From assembly GCA_052327205.1 (NCBI GenBank), contig CM126228.1, forward strand, positions 25,420,001-25,484,000: 64,000 nucleotides of DNA, given 5' to 3'. The stretch is from Somniosus microcephalus (taxonomy: Eukaryota). The position numbers and the translations under genes were made by a program. The number at the start of each line of letters is the position of its first letter. Position 1 is the first letter of the stretch. Below the pieces are notes generated by a model. The model had not been told where the DNA came from and ran no database searches. It saw only the letters and a program-made list of their open reading frames with translations. This document shows, in pieces, positions 12,512-28,889 of the stretch.

Positions 12512-12895
12512 TACATAGAAACATAGAAGATAGGAGCAGGAGTAGGCCATTCGGCCCTTCGAGCCTGCTCCGCCATTCAACGAGATCATGGCTGATCATC
12601 CAAACCCTAGCACCCGGTCCCTACACCGACAGCCATCCCACCCAAGCCGTAACCCCGTAACCCCACGTATTTAATCCCCCCCTAACACTAAGGGTCAATT
12701 TTTTTTTATCATGGCCAATCAACCTAACCCGCACATCTTTGGACTGTGGGAGGAAACCGGAGCACCCGGAGGAAACCCACGCAAACACGGGGAGAATGTG
12801 CAAACTCCACACAGACAGTCACCCAAGGCCGGATTTGAACCCGGGTCCCTGGCGCTGTGAGGCAACAGTGCTAACCACTATGCCACCGTGCTGCC
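12512..12895 (-). mobile_element. Apparently full-length tRNA-derived V-SINE (HE1-like) with CR1-type tail
   Basis: Minus strand has Pol III A box (TGGCATAGTGG, 12875-12885), B box (GGTTCAAATCC, 12831-12841), V-domain (gcgtgggtttcctccgggtgctccggtttcctcccaca) and a tail nearly identical to that of the CR1 at 37990-38085. Confidence 0.9.
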
Positions 12896-13025
12896 AGGTG
12901 GTAATTTAATATTACCAGGCTTCATAATTTCTTGGTAAATATCTATTAAAGTTGAGGAACAGCTGCAGCACGGTTTGCATGATTTTTTTTTTTTCACTGA
13001 ACGGATATTTCTTCATTGTTTGCAG

Positions 13026-13148
13026 CAATCCAAGTTCTTTATCGTCCAGTCGTACCCAGCAGATGCATGCTTTTAACTGGATCCGAAATCATTTGGAGGA
13101 CCACCCAGATACTTCACTGCCCAAACAAGAAGTCTACGATGAATACAA
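13026..13148 (+). CDS. RFX7: RFX7 coding exon, start of RFX winged-helix DNA-binding domain ([30 protein letters not shown])
   Basis: ttgcag acceptor, GTAAGT donor at 13149; 123 nt; RFX DBD motif. Confidence 0.96.
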
Positions 13149-14098
13149 GTAAGTATTGCATTAGCAGACCTGAATAGCCATCAGTTATGCTGCTTTTCAT
13201 CAGAAATATATATTAACAAGCGCAGTTTAATAATAATAATAGGTTGAATTTTTCATATGATGCATTAGTGAACAGTTTTTCTTTAGTGGTTTACATTCTT
13301 TACTGTCTATAAATGTTCCAGTGTTTTCTTGGTTATCATTTTCATTAGACTTTTTATGCTTTTAAATATGGTAATTTCAGATTAATTTGGAGGTTTACAG
13401 GCTTATTTTGTTATCCTTAAGGTGGTTTTTAGGTTGCAGTTGTGATCTTCAACCTGTTTTTTTCTCTCTTCGATTGCTTCTATAGTTCTTTAAGATTTAA
13501 CATTACTGGTCAGAACCATAATGGCAGATATCTCTCATTTCTCCCCTTCTGCAGTCCTTTGACCAATCGTGCCCATCAGTTTATCTAACCATGGTTATTA
13601 AAACAAAAATGGGTATGGTAATAACGTCAAGGAACAGTCATCTGACATTATGTATCCAATATCTTAAAATGTTCAAATTATTGCATTTAGCTTTTGACGA
13701 GTAGCAGTATTTATACATTTTTTAAAAGCACCACCGCATATTTCAGGATTTCAAGTCTTCTGTTGAGGCCTTTGCGTAAAGACGTGAGGAGTTTGTAAAA
13801 CATTTTGGTTACAGTGTTGAATAAGCAAAACACCCCTGGAGGTAAATGGAACATTTGTTCTACCAGGAAGATAATAATGCTAATGCATATAAACACATTG
13901 ATTTTCATCATCTGAAATCTTCATTAAATAAAGGAGGTAATTCTGAAGCCAAGTTGAATATTAGAATATTTATAAAATGTAGTTGTTTCTGAAAGCAAAT
14001 GACAGTAGTTGAAAGATTATCTGCCCACACTACATCCCTATAATTTTCAGCAATTCCTTTTGTGAAAATAGTTCATTTTATTTTAAAGATTGGTAGTA

Positions 14099-14431
14099 CA
14101 GGAAACTTTGGTTTATCCGGAGGTTAACTGTCCGGAATGCTCGAGCCACTGGCAAAATTCAGGAGTCGGTTCAGTAAGTTTTTTTTCTTTTCGTTGCTTT
14201 TTTTTCACCAGTCAGGCTCTGCAAGGTCTAGCTAAAGCTGTTGCTTAGCTACAGAGATGCTTGCAAGCTACGGCCGACTGTTTAGAAGCTGTTGCTAAGC
14301 AACAGGGTTTGTTGCTAGATACGGAGCTCAAAAGCTCCGTATGTTTTAACATTAGCGCTGGTTTGTCCGGCAGTTTTGATGGGACGGCAACAGCTCGGTC
14401 CCGTCGGTGCCGGATATCACAAAGTTTCCTG
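14099..14431. mobile_element. CAGGAAAC MITE copy C
   Basis: TA-CAGGAAACTTTG...CAAAGTTTCCTG-TA. Confidence 0.87.
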
Positions 14432-17291
14432 TATATTGTGTCCTTTTGGTGTACATATAGACAAATAACATCAGCAATATATGACAATTTGATGTCGGAG
14501 CAGTGAAAATTTCACGAGATAATTTGCTCAGCACTTTTGCTGTGGTAGAGAACATCACAGTGGATGCTTTCAACATCGACTTTATTTACTCTCACAAATA
14601 GTGATGTGCTGGCATCCTCCCTTTGATAGGATGACTTTTGAAATTGAAACATTTTTGGCAAATAAAGTGACAGTTTTGAAGACATAGGGTGCCAAATGGG
14701 GAAAGTTCATCCAGTGATGCCTAAAGCAAAACAATAATCCACTGGAATGGAACTTTTCCAGCTAAATGATGTCTGCAGTGCGGCATTACAGTTGATTGAT
14801 GTCTGGGAATTTTCACCAAACTTATTAAGATTCTTTTCGGCAAATATAAGCACGTTTTCCTTGTCAATGGTAGAAAATTTAATTCCCGATCACCCAGGTT
14901 TATGAAAGGAACTTGGGACGTCAAGCTTATTTGTTCAGTTAATTCCTACTTGGGATTGGAATTTGGTTCGGAGAAAAAATGATGTCCGAATCATTTGAAC
15001 CCATGGCCCCAAATTTTACTTACAGTTGGTTTTGTTGGTCCTGATTTCAGTTGGGGATGCGGGGGTGGGCAGGGGGGATAGTGATGTGCACTTTGGTAGA
15101 CCTGCTGGATCTTGTTTGGCACAGTAGAATTGTAAGAACACATCTTCAGTTTTGCTGAAAATTTAAGTGAGTCTCACTTGTCTCAGAAAACTAGAACTGA
15201 AATTTTATTTGTCACCTCGCATTTCTTCCACTGAAGGGAAGTGTCACCTTGTACATAGAACTTGCCTCTTCCTTGGAACTCGAGTATTTGCCTGTTCGTG
15301 CAGTTGTTCCTTCAAAGGAACAACGGTAAATTCATCAGTATACTGAGATTAGAGAATTGGATTGTATAATATAACTGCTTGTGTTATTCCCTAGTAGATC
15401 AGGAACCACCAGAGAACATTGAGATTATCTACTGGTGTCAAGGTCACTTTGTGTGCCAACATGCAGAAGATTTTTCCCAGCACTGGAAGGCAGCTACCTG
15501 GAGCAATTTGCATCAAGCGTTATCATCTTGTTTTGATAACTGACAATAACAAGCACTTTGAAAATAAAGTGCTCCCAACTAACCTTAACTTTTAGGTCTT
15601 CAGAGTCTCTGTGCTAGTTTCTGTACTACTTTGGTATAATCTTAAATCTCTGTGAAAGAATGTTCGAATATTTGTGGCAAGTATTGTCTGACTCGTCATT
15701 GATTGAAATTCGGTCTCCACGTTGAAAATTGTTGTAAATGTGCTCCACAGTTCTCTCCCAAGTCTGGTGCTGCTAGTTTGAAATTGTGTTGCATTGTTTT
15801 CACTGTCTCTAATGATTTTATCTGCCGCTTTAGTGGTCATGGTTGAGGGAATAAAGATTCTGCCAAATATTTATCCATCATCTTACATCACAAGCAGATT
15901 AATTGGTCATTCATCTCTTGGTATTGGTGGGCCCTACTTTGCAAATTGGCTGATGCATTTGCCTACATAACAGCAGTGACTACACTTCAAAGGACATCCT
16001 GAGGATGTGAAAAGCGCTGTCTAAATGAAAGTGTGTTCTTTCCAGTCCAAGAACTAAGGATGCAATTCAGAATAGGGCCTTAGTTGGTTGATGGGAGATC
16101 ACCTGACAAAAGTGACTGCCTAGGGATAAAGGACATAATTTTCTTTAAAGGGACAGCATCCTTTAGGTGAGCTCTCCTCTTTGGATATTGGCAAATCCTC
16201 ACTACATTTGGAAGATGAACTCTAAAGAATAAGGAAAGCAATACTTACACTAGGTAATCTAATGTACATATAGTACACCATTTTAAAAATTGCTTCAGCA
16301 TCACATTGTTCTAAAATCTATATAGGAAAATGAGATACAAAGTTTTGCCATTACTCAATTATGCCAACACCAGTTTTTTAAATTTACCATTGTAATGTCC
16401 AGAATAGAAAATTGGATTTGTGTTCGACTTGCTTCAGAGAGTTCTACCTCAAATCTATTCTGTCAACTCTGCAACAGTTTTTAAAAGTACTGTTTATATA
16501 CAGATATTTTTGAGGCATGCAAGAACATATTTGCAGTATCCATCAAAAGCCACTTCAGTGAAGGACAACTCAAAAGTCCTACATTTTGTACTAATTTGAA
16601 CAGACAGGTGGTTGAGGGTATTATATTCTGGCACACTGATTTGGATACATTCCAAAGCATAAATATATTGGGATGATAATCCAGCAAGCTGATGTTTTAC
16701 TTGGAGTCATGTCATTGCCTGAGTTCACCAGTTAAAGTTTGGTGCATTTTTTTTGGCTTGTTTTTGGCAAATAGGTGCACAGAGAGCTCCTAGCCTTTTT
16801 AGCCGAGTACAAAAGCTTTGCAAGATACTTAGTTGGAAAGAATTGTGTACTATCTGTGCTTCAGGAAAGCCTCACCATGTATTGAAAGATTCTTCCTTGG
16901 AGAATTGTTATACTCCCACACTGGTCTAATACCAACATATAGACACTTGTGAATCGCAGACCAAATGTGATAAACAAGTCATGATTAGTGTTGTGGAACC
17001 TCTAATTGTAGCTTATTTGATGGAACAGTCCATTCTGTCTTTGGGGGATGGTGGAAAATGGGAACCAATCAAAAATACTTGGTATTTTGGTCCTCTTTGT
17101 TGTCAGTTGTATATAGGACACTTGATAAGTCCATGAGTTTTGTTAATATGTCTGACTGGATGATGTTTCGTGTATATCAAGTGAAGTATTCCTCCCTTCA
17201 TTTAATTGCTTTTTCTGTAAGTTGGTAAATTAAAAACCTTAAATTATTAAGTGTACTGTTACGTTTGCACTGTTGTAAAATTGTGGTGTGA

Positions 17292-19385
<2,094 letters not shown>

Positions 19386-19470
19386 ATATTGCTATAGTGG
19401 TCTGAGGAAAAAGGCTTTTGTTCACATGCCGTCGCTACCAAGTCTGGATTTTCACAAAACTGGAGACGGG
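19386..19470 (+). CDS. RFX7: RFX7 coding exon, end of DBD ([28 protein letters not shown])
   Basis: Follows the AC acceptor; GTAATA donor at 19471; 85 nt; absent from the ORF track but matches RFX7. Confidence 0.95.
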
Positions 19471-22400
19471 GTAATAATCTTCTATACTCATGACCATTAA
19501 AATGTGAAGATAAACTACTGTAATGGCAAAGAATGGAGAAATTTGCACATAGCAGAATTGAAGCTTCTCCAATACTGAATAAAAGTTACAATAAATGTTC
19601 ATTTATTCTTTGTCCACGTGCAAATAAACCCTCCCTCGTCCAACAGGGGAAGTCATTTGGGGACACTGACTGTCTAGGAGTTTCACACCCTACACAACTA
19701 TCTTGGTCAGGTGGACTCTTTTATACCCCCTTCCCCAATAACTTTTTTTCTTCCATTATTGGCAACAGCCATGAATGTTGTCTATGGACAATTGCCAACT
19801 TCCACCTTTCTAACATAGTCTATCTCGTCCCTATCTTCATCAACCACTGCCAGAATCCTCATCCATGCCTGGATTTCTCCAAATCTGTTCTCGCCATCCT
19901 CTTCAGCTCTATCTTGGTAAACTCCAACTCGTCCAGAACTCTGCCAAGGCCCACACTTGCATTATCTGTCCTAACCAACCTCCATTGATGCTATAGAAGT
20001 GCAAGTTGTTATCAAATATTGGAACAATCCATACAGAACCATATATAATATAAGTTTTCCAGTAATTTTTTTCAACAAAATGCCACCTCTAATACAATGG
20101 ATGCTTTGATCTTGGCAGTGTTACATTTATCTTGCATTCACTTGAACACGTATTTGGCCAAGTAGTCTTCTGTTTCAGGTCAAGTACTCTTCTATTTCAG
20201 TCAGCCCTGCTCAGATTTCAAGATCTGCATCAAAACTTAATGGGTCCTTCCGAATGAACAATGTTCATAATTTTATTGTCTACTGACATAGCCCAGTTTC
20301 CAGTACTGTAGTATGTAATCTGCTCTAAACTCAGCAAAAAGGATTATGATTGTTTGATTTCCATGAAGCCTTCCTTGATCATCTGTCCAGAAATCTGAAT
20401 TTCAAAACGTCTGTGAAACATGTTTCCAGTTCAGAAGGAGAATTGGATGTAGTTTGGGGTTGCTTGCAGTAATGGCCCAAAGGTTGTAGTGTTGTGAATT
20501 GGCTGGGTGAAGAATGGGAGGCCAGCAAGGATGAACCTGGAGAAATCAAGTCCTAGAGGACTTAAGGGTCTTGAACTACTTCATTTGAAGAAAAAGTTCA
20601 AATCAACAATACCATAGTTAGCTCAGTGGGGCAGGAATGCATTCAGGGGGCAAGCTGCTCACCATGAACTGCAAGGACCAGTACTTGCATCCTGGAATTC
20701 CAGATCCGACAGAAATTATTTATGGCTCAACCCAGACAAGTCTATTGTTTAATTTCTCCTACTTAGCTTCCAGTTTAGAAAGTGTATTGGTCTTCTCAAA
20801 ACTATGTTAGCCTTCATAGAATCATACAGCACAGAAGGAGGCCATTCGGCCCATCGTGCCTGTGCCTTGGGTGACTTGTTCATCAGAATTCCTCAAAACT
20901 CTGCACAGACAGCTGGTGTTGAGACTGGGCTTTCCTTGCAAATCAAGACAAATCCCAGCCACGGCTAGTGCAGGACCTATCGTTCATTGAAACCAGTTTA
21001 ACACAACTTTGATTATAGCTGCAATACCACTGTTTCAGGACTGTGAAGTGTTCATTTCCTAGAAGGACTGGAATTGAGGCTTGATGCTGCTTGTGAAGTC
21101 TGGGTCTACTGTTTGCAACCAATTTCATGGTACAGAAAGCAAGTCTATTCAGGAGACCAGTGCAATTAAAACTATTTGAACAATGATGCATGACAGACAC
21201 TGAACTCAGGGCAGTGAATTAACCAAGAGGTGGGCAGTGTCATGAGAGAGAAACCATTGATGACTGACCCCTTGCTTACAGGGTCGGATGCACATCTGGA
21301 CTTGGAGTGTTGTCCTTGGCATATAGGCTCAAACGGCACGTAGTTTACTTATTGGCTAGTAGTGACCATTTTTTCTTTCTTTTTCCATCCTGTTGATTAA
21401 ACTGCTTTGCAGTATAACCAAGGCTGTTTCTCAAATAGGATATCGACCAGACTCTGAACTTAAATGGGGTTTCAGCTACCTTGGAATTTTTAAAACTTTG
21501 GTATCAAAGGATTTTCAAAACATGAAGTTACTGTACAGGGAATAGCTCCATATTTGATTTGTATCTATATCATTTTGACTGTGTTTGTCATGTTATTTGT
21601 CTTAAATCTAGTTTGTTATATTGCCTCTCTGATCTTACTAGTTCAGGGAACTCGGTGATGGTAATTTAGCCTTTACTGTATTGAATTTCCATGAAACATT
21701 GCACAAGCTACAGAAAACGGCTCTTTTTAATTGCCTGACCTAGTTACGCGTAATACTATAAATGTGTTGATTTGTATATTAACTGTCTTAAAAAGATGCT
21801 TATATAAACTTGAGTAATCTTTGCAGATGGACCACCTTTCTCTCCTCCCTCACCCAAATTGCCTTTTGGTGCAATTGTATGGCTTCCAAAGGGATTTCTA
21901 AGTTATTATCATCTTGCAGCCAGAGCTGATGTTGCACCCTCTCCTCCTAACTGTCCTGTTCCCAATCCTGGTTCTGTTACCTACCTGCCAGCTTATGGCT
22001 AGTTTCTTTCCTACTTAAATTTGTAATAGATTCAGAAAAATCAAATGGTTGAACTTGTTTGTCTGCAAATTGAAATTTGTATGCAAATATATTTGGGAAG
22101 AATTATGAAATGTTTAATTTTGCATTTTTTAAGTAAATATTCTCTACTTGATGGGAGACTTTTATGGAGTCAAACTTTATTCTATGTCAAATACTTAATT
22201 ATATATTTCAAAATTGCATGTCTTCAATAAGTAACTGCCAATATGTGTGTTGCTAAATTACCTTCAAAGCAGCTGGAGTTGGGGTATGACTGTCCCAGGG
22301 TCAAATATAAGTTGTGTTGTATTGAAGGGAATATTGTTATTTTTGCATAAATTAACATTTGACTTGTTTGATTTAAAGCCGATTATATTTGTGGTGCTCC

Positions 22401-22659
22401 AACCATTGAATTTTGTATTACTGAGTGAAAAATGCCCTCAATTTTACTTTTATTTTTTAAATTGCTTCAACAATTAATTCCCGTCACTGAATTGGACCAA
22501 TCTTAAGTGGTTTTGTGGTCGAAAGTAACAAACTGTAGCCTGTTGAATTGCTAATTTTGCTTATTTTGAGAATTTTAGCTACCACTTTGCTTGTCTTTTT
22601 AAGTGTATTTTTACTATAGCAATATTAATAGTCTAATGTTTGGTTATATTGCTTTCTAG

Positions 22660-22867
22660 TCTGAAGGATCAGACTGTGCAGGCCAGCTGCAGAATATTGA
22701 TGAAGAGGTCAGATCTGCGGCTTGCAGTCTGGTGTGTGAGTGGGCCCAGAAAGTATTAATCCGAAAATTTGATTCAGTGGTCGATCTAGCTCGCTTCCTT
22801 GTTACCAGCCACTATATTGGCACTAAGTCTGTTGCTGCATTGTCTGTGATGGCTGGTGCGCCTTCAG
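22660..22867 (+). CDS. RFX7: RFX7 coding exon ([33 protein letters not shown]...[20 protein letters not shown])
   Basis: ttctag acceptor, GTGAGT donor at 22868; 208 nt; [10 protein letters not shown] motif of RFX5/RFX7. Confidence 0.95.
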
Positions 22868-23202
22868 GTGAGTAACTGTATTCCTTGGAATGTTCCCCCA
22901 GCCTGTCTCCATTTAATTTACTTAAGACTACGCTGCTGCTTTTTATCAGTTGACAAGGTCAGGTGGTTAAAGTATGAGCTTTGCCAACAGGTTGTCAAGT
23001 AGATAAACATTAAATGTTATAAGAAATATTGTATATGAAATTCAGATATGTAATCTGTATCCGTATGAGACAGGATGTTAGCCTCACCATTATTATTAAC
23101 GCAAGATCCGGGCCATTGTAAAATTGGATTGGTATTTACCATTCATGTCGAGGGTTTTAAGTACAGTGCCTAAATTAGTTCCCTGGTCCTGCTTTCCCCT
23201 CC

Positions 23203-23233
<31 letters not shown>

Positions 23234-25194
23234 ATCTCCAACTGGACCTCAAGCCCCCATTGTTGGGGAAATACTTGGGAGATCCCTTCCCTTTCCCGAC
23301 ATCCAACCTAGAGATTTTCTCTTGATCTGGTTGGAGTGAGGAAATGGGGTTGGCCAGTTGCATCTGAGGAGGCGGGGGGGGGGGGAAGATTTGTTTAACA
23401 GGTTCTTAGATAGTGGGGAAATGTGTATTATTTTAAAAATTGAGCTGTAATTTAAATAATATAGGTATCTTTAATTCAGTGCTCAGGAATCTCAAGAAAA
23501 AACATCTAGCCGGATACCAGTTACCCCTCTCCCCCAGGACCCAACTGCCATCTTCCTCTAAGACCCGTTCAACCCTGAGCACCTATACCTTAATTCCTGA
23601 ACTCCCTACTGTAATCTTTTGCATGCTTATGCTGAATGCCTATATCTTTCCCACACTGACTACGCAGCCTGAGAAAGCTGCTATCACCATACTTTGGTCA
23701 GAGGTCTACAACCCCCTCCTAGAGCTCCGACATTTCAGACCTCTTCCCCTGTGTTGGCATACCCTACCACTCCTAGAAGACCTTGGTACACCCTACCGAA
23801 AGCTCCAAAAACTATAACAGTCCCTCCCAGTGCTTTGACATCCTGCAAACCCCCCTCCCCCTCGTGTCCTTCCCTCACCCAAGTCTCCAATCATCTTGCT
23901 ACCCTCTCAAAACACCCAATCCACAAGATACCCCAGCTCTCCACCACTACTACATGCAGTTCCGACAGCCTCCTTCCTCCCAACCTGGAACATCTTCGCT
24001 ATCATTTTCCTCTGTAATCTAGGCTTCAAAGAAAGTAAATGATAAAGTTAACTACATAGTTAAACAGACCTTTTGAATAGTAATCAAGGTGACTGATTTG
24101 CAGTTTCCATGCAAAATACACATAATCATAGAATTTAAGCTAAAAAATACACAAGCTCCTACAATTCTCTAATAAACAGAATTTAACTTAATTGCTGTAA
24201 ATTATTGACCCTGATGCTATATTGCATGCTACATAGCATAAAACATTGTATAGCCTTACCCAATGTTTTATGCGCTGTGCCATAAATCTTCTGTCCACAA
24301 ATTTTAAATTGTCACACATTAACTCCTACGTATTTTCTTATTAGGCACTGAATTATTTTCAAAAATGAGGGTGAGTTGGACTATTCATGTGTTTTGAAAG
24401 AAGTGATGCATAAATGCCTCAATAACACTTAATTTTGGAATTTTGTTTTATCACCGGTTACTTGTGAAAGTAGACATCCTGGAAACCATCGGTGCATCAG
24501 GCTGCATGTCTTAAAAACATTTTGTACTTAAACATTAACCTTTCACCTCTAAACAGCATACTATCTGATTTACCAAGAGTGACTCCACAAGAAACCCACA
24601 GCTATTTGCACATACAATAGCAGTCTTGCACCCGGCACTTCTATCACACCTGGAACTGTCACACTGCAACAAATCACAACTGAACAACCTCAAAAAGTGC
24701 TACAAAAGAAAAGGAGAAAAAATCCAGTCATTTCTACTGGTTTCTTCTGACCTTGCTAACCTGGCCCGTCCCCAGGGGGAGGAATTACGGATTTACAAGC
24801 TGGTGCCAATCTACAAACAAACTTCTTGGCAACAGCAATTATCCTCTTGCCTATTTATAAAGCACTTCCTACAGAGAGAGCTGAGCAGGTAGATCTGGTT
24901 TCTGCTCAAGTTACCATTTGTTGCTTTAAAGAAACAGTTTAGGTTCAACTCATTTTGATCTTGGTAGCCAAGAACTTTCCTCAAGACAACCCCTTTACAC
25001 CTATTAGGAAATGGTTTTGAAGACATAAACACTGCATTCATTATGTAATTGTGGTATAACACATCTGTCATTATAAAATGGTGTGCTCTGATTTATTGTG
25101 AACAATGCCATGAGAAATCCACTACAATAAGATTATCAAAATTCCTGAAATCTGTCTGATAATTTTTTCTTACTGCCAATTTTCAAAAAAGTTG

Positions 25195-26578
25195 TTCAAA
25201 GAAGGGTGTAAAGATAAACCCAGCAACTGCAGGCCAGTCAGTTTGACCTCGGTAGTGGGGAAGCTTTTAGAAACAGTAATCTGGAACAAAATTGACAGTC
25301 ACTTGGATGAGTGTGGATTACTTAAGGAAAGCCAGCATGGATTTGTTAAAGACAAATAGTGTTTAACTAACTTAATTGCGTTCTTTGATGAGGTAACAGA
25401 GGGTAATGCAGTTGACATAGTGTACATGGATTTCCAAAAGGCGTTCGACAAGTGCCACATAATAGGCTTGCCAGCAGAGTTGAAGCCCATGGAATAAAAG
25501 GGACAGTGGCAGCATGAATATGGAATTGGCTAAGTGATAGGAAACAGTAGTGGTGAACGGTTGTTTTTCGGACTGGAGGAAGGTATACAGTGGTGTTCCC
25601 CCGGGGTAGGTTCTAGGGCCACTGCTTTTCTTGATGTATATTAATGACTTGGACGTGGGTGTACAGAACACAATTTCAAAATTTGCAGATGACCCAAAAC
25701 CTGGAAGTATAGTGAACAGTGAGGAGGAGAGTGATAGACTTCAGGAAGACAGATAGGCTGGGGAAATGGGCGGACACGTGGCAGATGAAATTTAACGCAG
25801 AAAAGTGTGAAGTGATACATTTTGGTAGAAAGCATGAGGAGAGGACATATAAACTACATTGTATAATTCTAAAGTGGGTGCATGAAAAGAGACCTGGGGG
25901 TATGTGTGCACAAATCGTTGAAGGTGGCAGGGCAAGTTTACAAAGCAGCTAAAAAGCTTACGGGATCCTGGGCTTCATGAATAGAGGTATAGAGTACAAA
26001 AGTGTGGAAATTATGATGAACCTGTATAAAACACTAGTTCGGCCCCAACTGGAGCACTGTGTCCAATTCTTGGCACCACACTTTAGGAAGGATGTGAAGG
26101 CCTTAGAGAGGGTGCAGAAAAGATTTATGAGAATGATTCCAGGAGAGACTTCATTTATGTTGATAGATTGGAGAAGCTGGGGTGGTTCTCCTTGGAGTAG
26201 TGAAGATTGAGAGGAGATTTGATAGAGGTGTTCAAAATCATGAGGGGTCTGGCCAGGGTAGATAGAGGGAAACTGTTCCCATTGGCAGAAGGGTCGAGAA
26301 CCAGAGGACACGGATTTAAGATGATTGGCAAAAGAACCAAAGGCGACATAACGCAGCGATTGGTTAAGATCTGGAATGCACTGCCTGAAAGGGTGGTGGA
26401 GGCAGATTCAATCACTGCTTTCAAAAGGGAGTTGGATAAATATCTGAAGGAAAGAAATTTGCAGGGCTATGGGGAAAGGGCGGCGGAATGGGACTAACTG
26501 AAATGCTCTTGCAGAGAGCCGGCACGGGCTCAACAGGCGGAATGGCCGCCTTCCGTGCTGTAACCATTCTATGATTTC
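25195..26578 (+). mobile_element. 5'-truncated degenerate CR1 LINE
   Basis: RPVSLTSVVGK, QHGF, KFADD, LYKTLVRPQLEHCVQF and RGDLIEVFKI motifs in broken frames; CR1 tail ending cattctatgattt. Confidence 0.92.
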
Positions 26579-27810
26579 TAACCTCCAGAGAGACTTGTCT
26601 CGTCGGGTCTCCATCACTACTAGGCTGCTCTGTGACATCACCAGTGGGTAGTCACTGCCCTGTGCATTAGAGTGCCTTTATTGAAAACACCCTCGGGTCA
26701 GCCTGAGAGCTGATCTGGAGATGCACAGCCTTGAAAATCTTTATTTTCAGTGGGTGATTGCCCATCATTCATCACGGCATAGCTTAGCAGGGAGAAGGCC
26801 TCCCTGTAGGTAAGAACATTGATGTTTTTACAAGTTTAAAATGAGGGACTACTAAAAGTACCCCTCTCTGACACTTCCTGTTCCTTTTGATTTTTGTCAA
26901 AAATATTAATCAATCATTATCTGCTTTAGTTTACTGAATAAGTGTTTAACAAACCAGTACTTGTCCATTTATTGTTTGACTTACTGTAATATATTCCATT
27001 TTGCCAACATTTTTTTTCAAAAAATGGGAGATATCCTGTTATATAGAAAGAGTGTTGAGACCTCATTGCTTACCTTGCGCTGTTTAGCCTCATTTAGGCA
27101 AGAACTCTGCATCTGGTCTGTACTATACCTTGACGTGCTTGATGCAAAAACTGGAAAGTGCGCCATTCCTGGCATTGACATCTTTATTGAGCATTAAAAA
27201 AACTAAAGGGACAAGTTGTTACTTCTTATGGCATATAAAAATAATTTGAAGAACCAAATTACACCTGAAAGCTTTGTCACGAAAACAGTCCACATGCAAG
27301 AAACAACTAGTAACAGCAACAGGCACCACACAAGCACGGCTGAACGTCCTGCGTATAGGTTAAATGTTATTTATGAAAATGAACATGCAGAAACCAATGC
27401 TGCTCTTTATTTCCTGACTAATGGCTTGGAAAAATAGATAAGTAGAATGCCTTTTAGTTGTGTAGGGCTCCATGGAGCTGCTGTTTCTACAACAAGTTGC
27501 AGAAAAAAATGGAGATGTATATGAGCCTAATAATATGCTCAAAGGAATTGGTGGAAGCAGCGTCATTGCTTTCCATAATCATTACGCAGGTTTCCATTAG
27601 TGTTAGAGAACAAACAAACCAAGCCGAAGGCACAAAGTGGGTGAAATTGCTCTTTATGAAAAACATAGCTAACAAAATCAGAAATTGCACATTTCAAAGC
27701 TGCACATTCCCACAATTGTTAGTGGTTCTTGTGTTTAAATGACCTACTAAGCATCTGTTGTTATCTGTGTGCACCTTTTTCAGAAGTTGATATAATTTTC
27801 TTTCTTGCAG

Positions 27811-28115
27811 GAGTGAAACAACCTTCTGCTTTTGTGCCCATGGCTGAAAGCAATTCCTTTCAGCCCCAGGTGAAGACTCTGCTTTCCCCATCAATAGATG
27901 CTAAGCAACAGTTGCAGCGTAAAATTCAACAAAATACACTGAAGAAACAACAAGAGCAGAAACTGCAATCTCCACTACCGGGCGAGCAACAAGTAAAGAA
28001 ACTGGAAGGTGCCACTATTGGGGGAGTGGCCAACATCCCCAATGGAAGCCCTGCTCTGCTTTCTCCTCAACCTACCATTGGCATTGTGGTGGCAACCGTT
28101 CCAAGTCCTATCCAA
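27811..28115 (+). CDS. RFX7: RFX7 coding exon ([23 protein letters not shown]...[13 protein letters not shown])
   Basis: ttgcag acceptor, GTAGGT donor at 28116; 305 nt keeps frame into the terminal exon. Confidence 0.93.
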
Positions 28116-28889
28116 GTAGGTTATTCATGGTTCAATATTAAGACCGAATAGTCAAGGAATAGCAAAGCGAGGGCTGTGGGGGGAAAAAAGTCAGAAATCC
28201 AGAATAAAAATGCATTATCTGGGCTGTGAATTACTTGTCAGTTTTCATTGGCAAAGTTACATAGTTTAGGTATGTAGCACTTACTGGTGGTTTAATTGCT
28301 CTGGCACTGTACTTCCAGTTGCAAGCCCTAAGTTGCATTCAAATTGCCGTAATTTTCATAGTTTCCCTGCTTAAATGGCTGGCTCATATGATGAGTAGTG
28401 ATAAACAACAAAGTATTTCACTTCAGAGACCTGCCATATTTTGGCCTACCCATAGTATTACACCTTTGGTGCTTTCCTAATGGAATAGTGTTGATGGTGA
28501 TTACATGTCTTGTTCCCCACTTTCCTCCTCTCCCAGTATAGTGATATGTTAAACCACTGGGGAAACCAAAAAAGAGGGGAAAAATGGGGATTCTCCCCTC
28601 TGCTTGTTTATCTAAGTATGTGCGTGTAATATTTTAATACAAGGGCACACAAGATGTTATCTTCCTCTCTCGTGGACTAGGCCCAGCATTCCACTGTTAC
28701 TCATTATGTATTTATACAGTGCCTGAAAGGATATTTTCCCTCCAAACTTAAATACTATAAATCCACCCTATATAAAGCCACAAAGCATACATTAGAAAGA
28801 GATTGTTTTAGAATGGCTTTCTACCAGCAAAGAAGCCATAAAAATATATGAATGCCTGATGTCTGTGGGGGTAATTGTAGTATATAATA

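Noticed and set aside
12825-12895. tRNA gene
   Set aside because: The A and B boxes belong to a SINE head continuous with V-domain and LINE tail.
23500-24020. C-rich ORFs of 79-125 aa
   Set aside because: No splice-compatible role or recognisable domain; probably a decayed LINE fragment that I could not assign.
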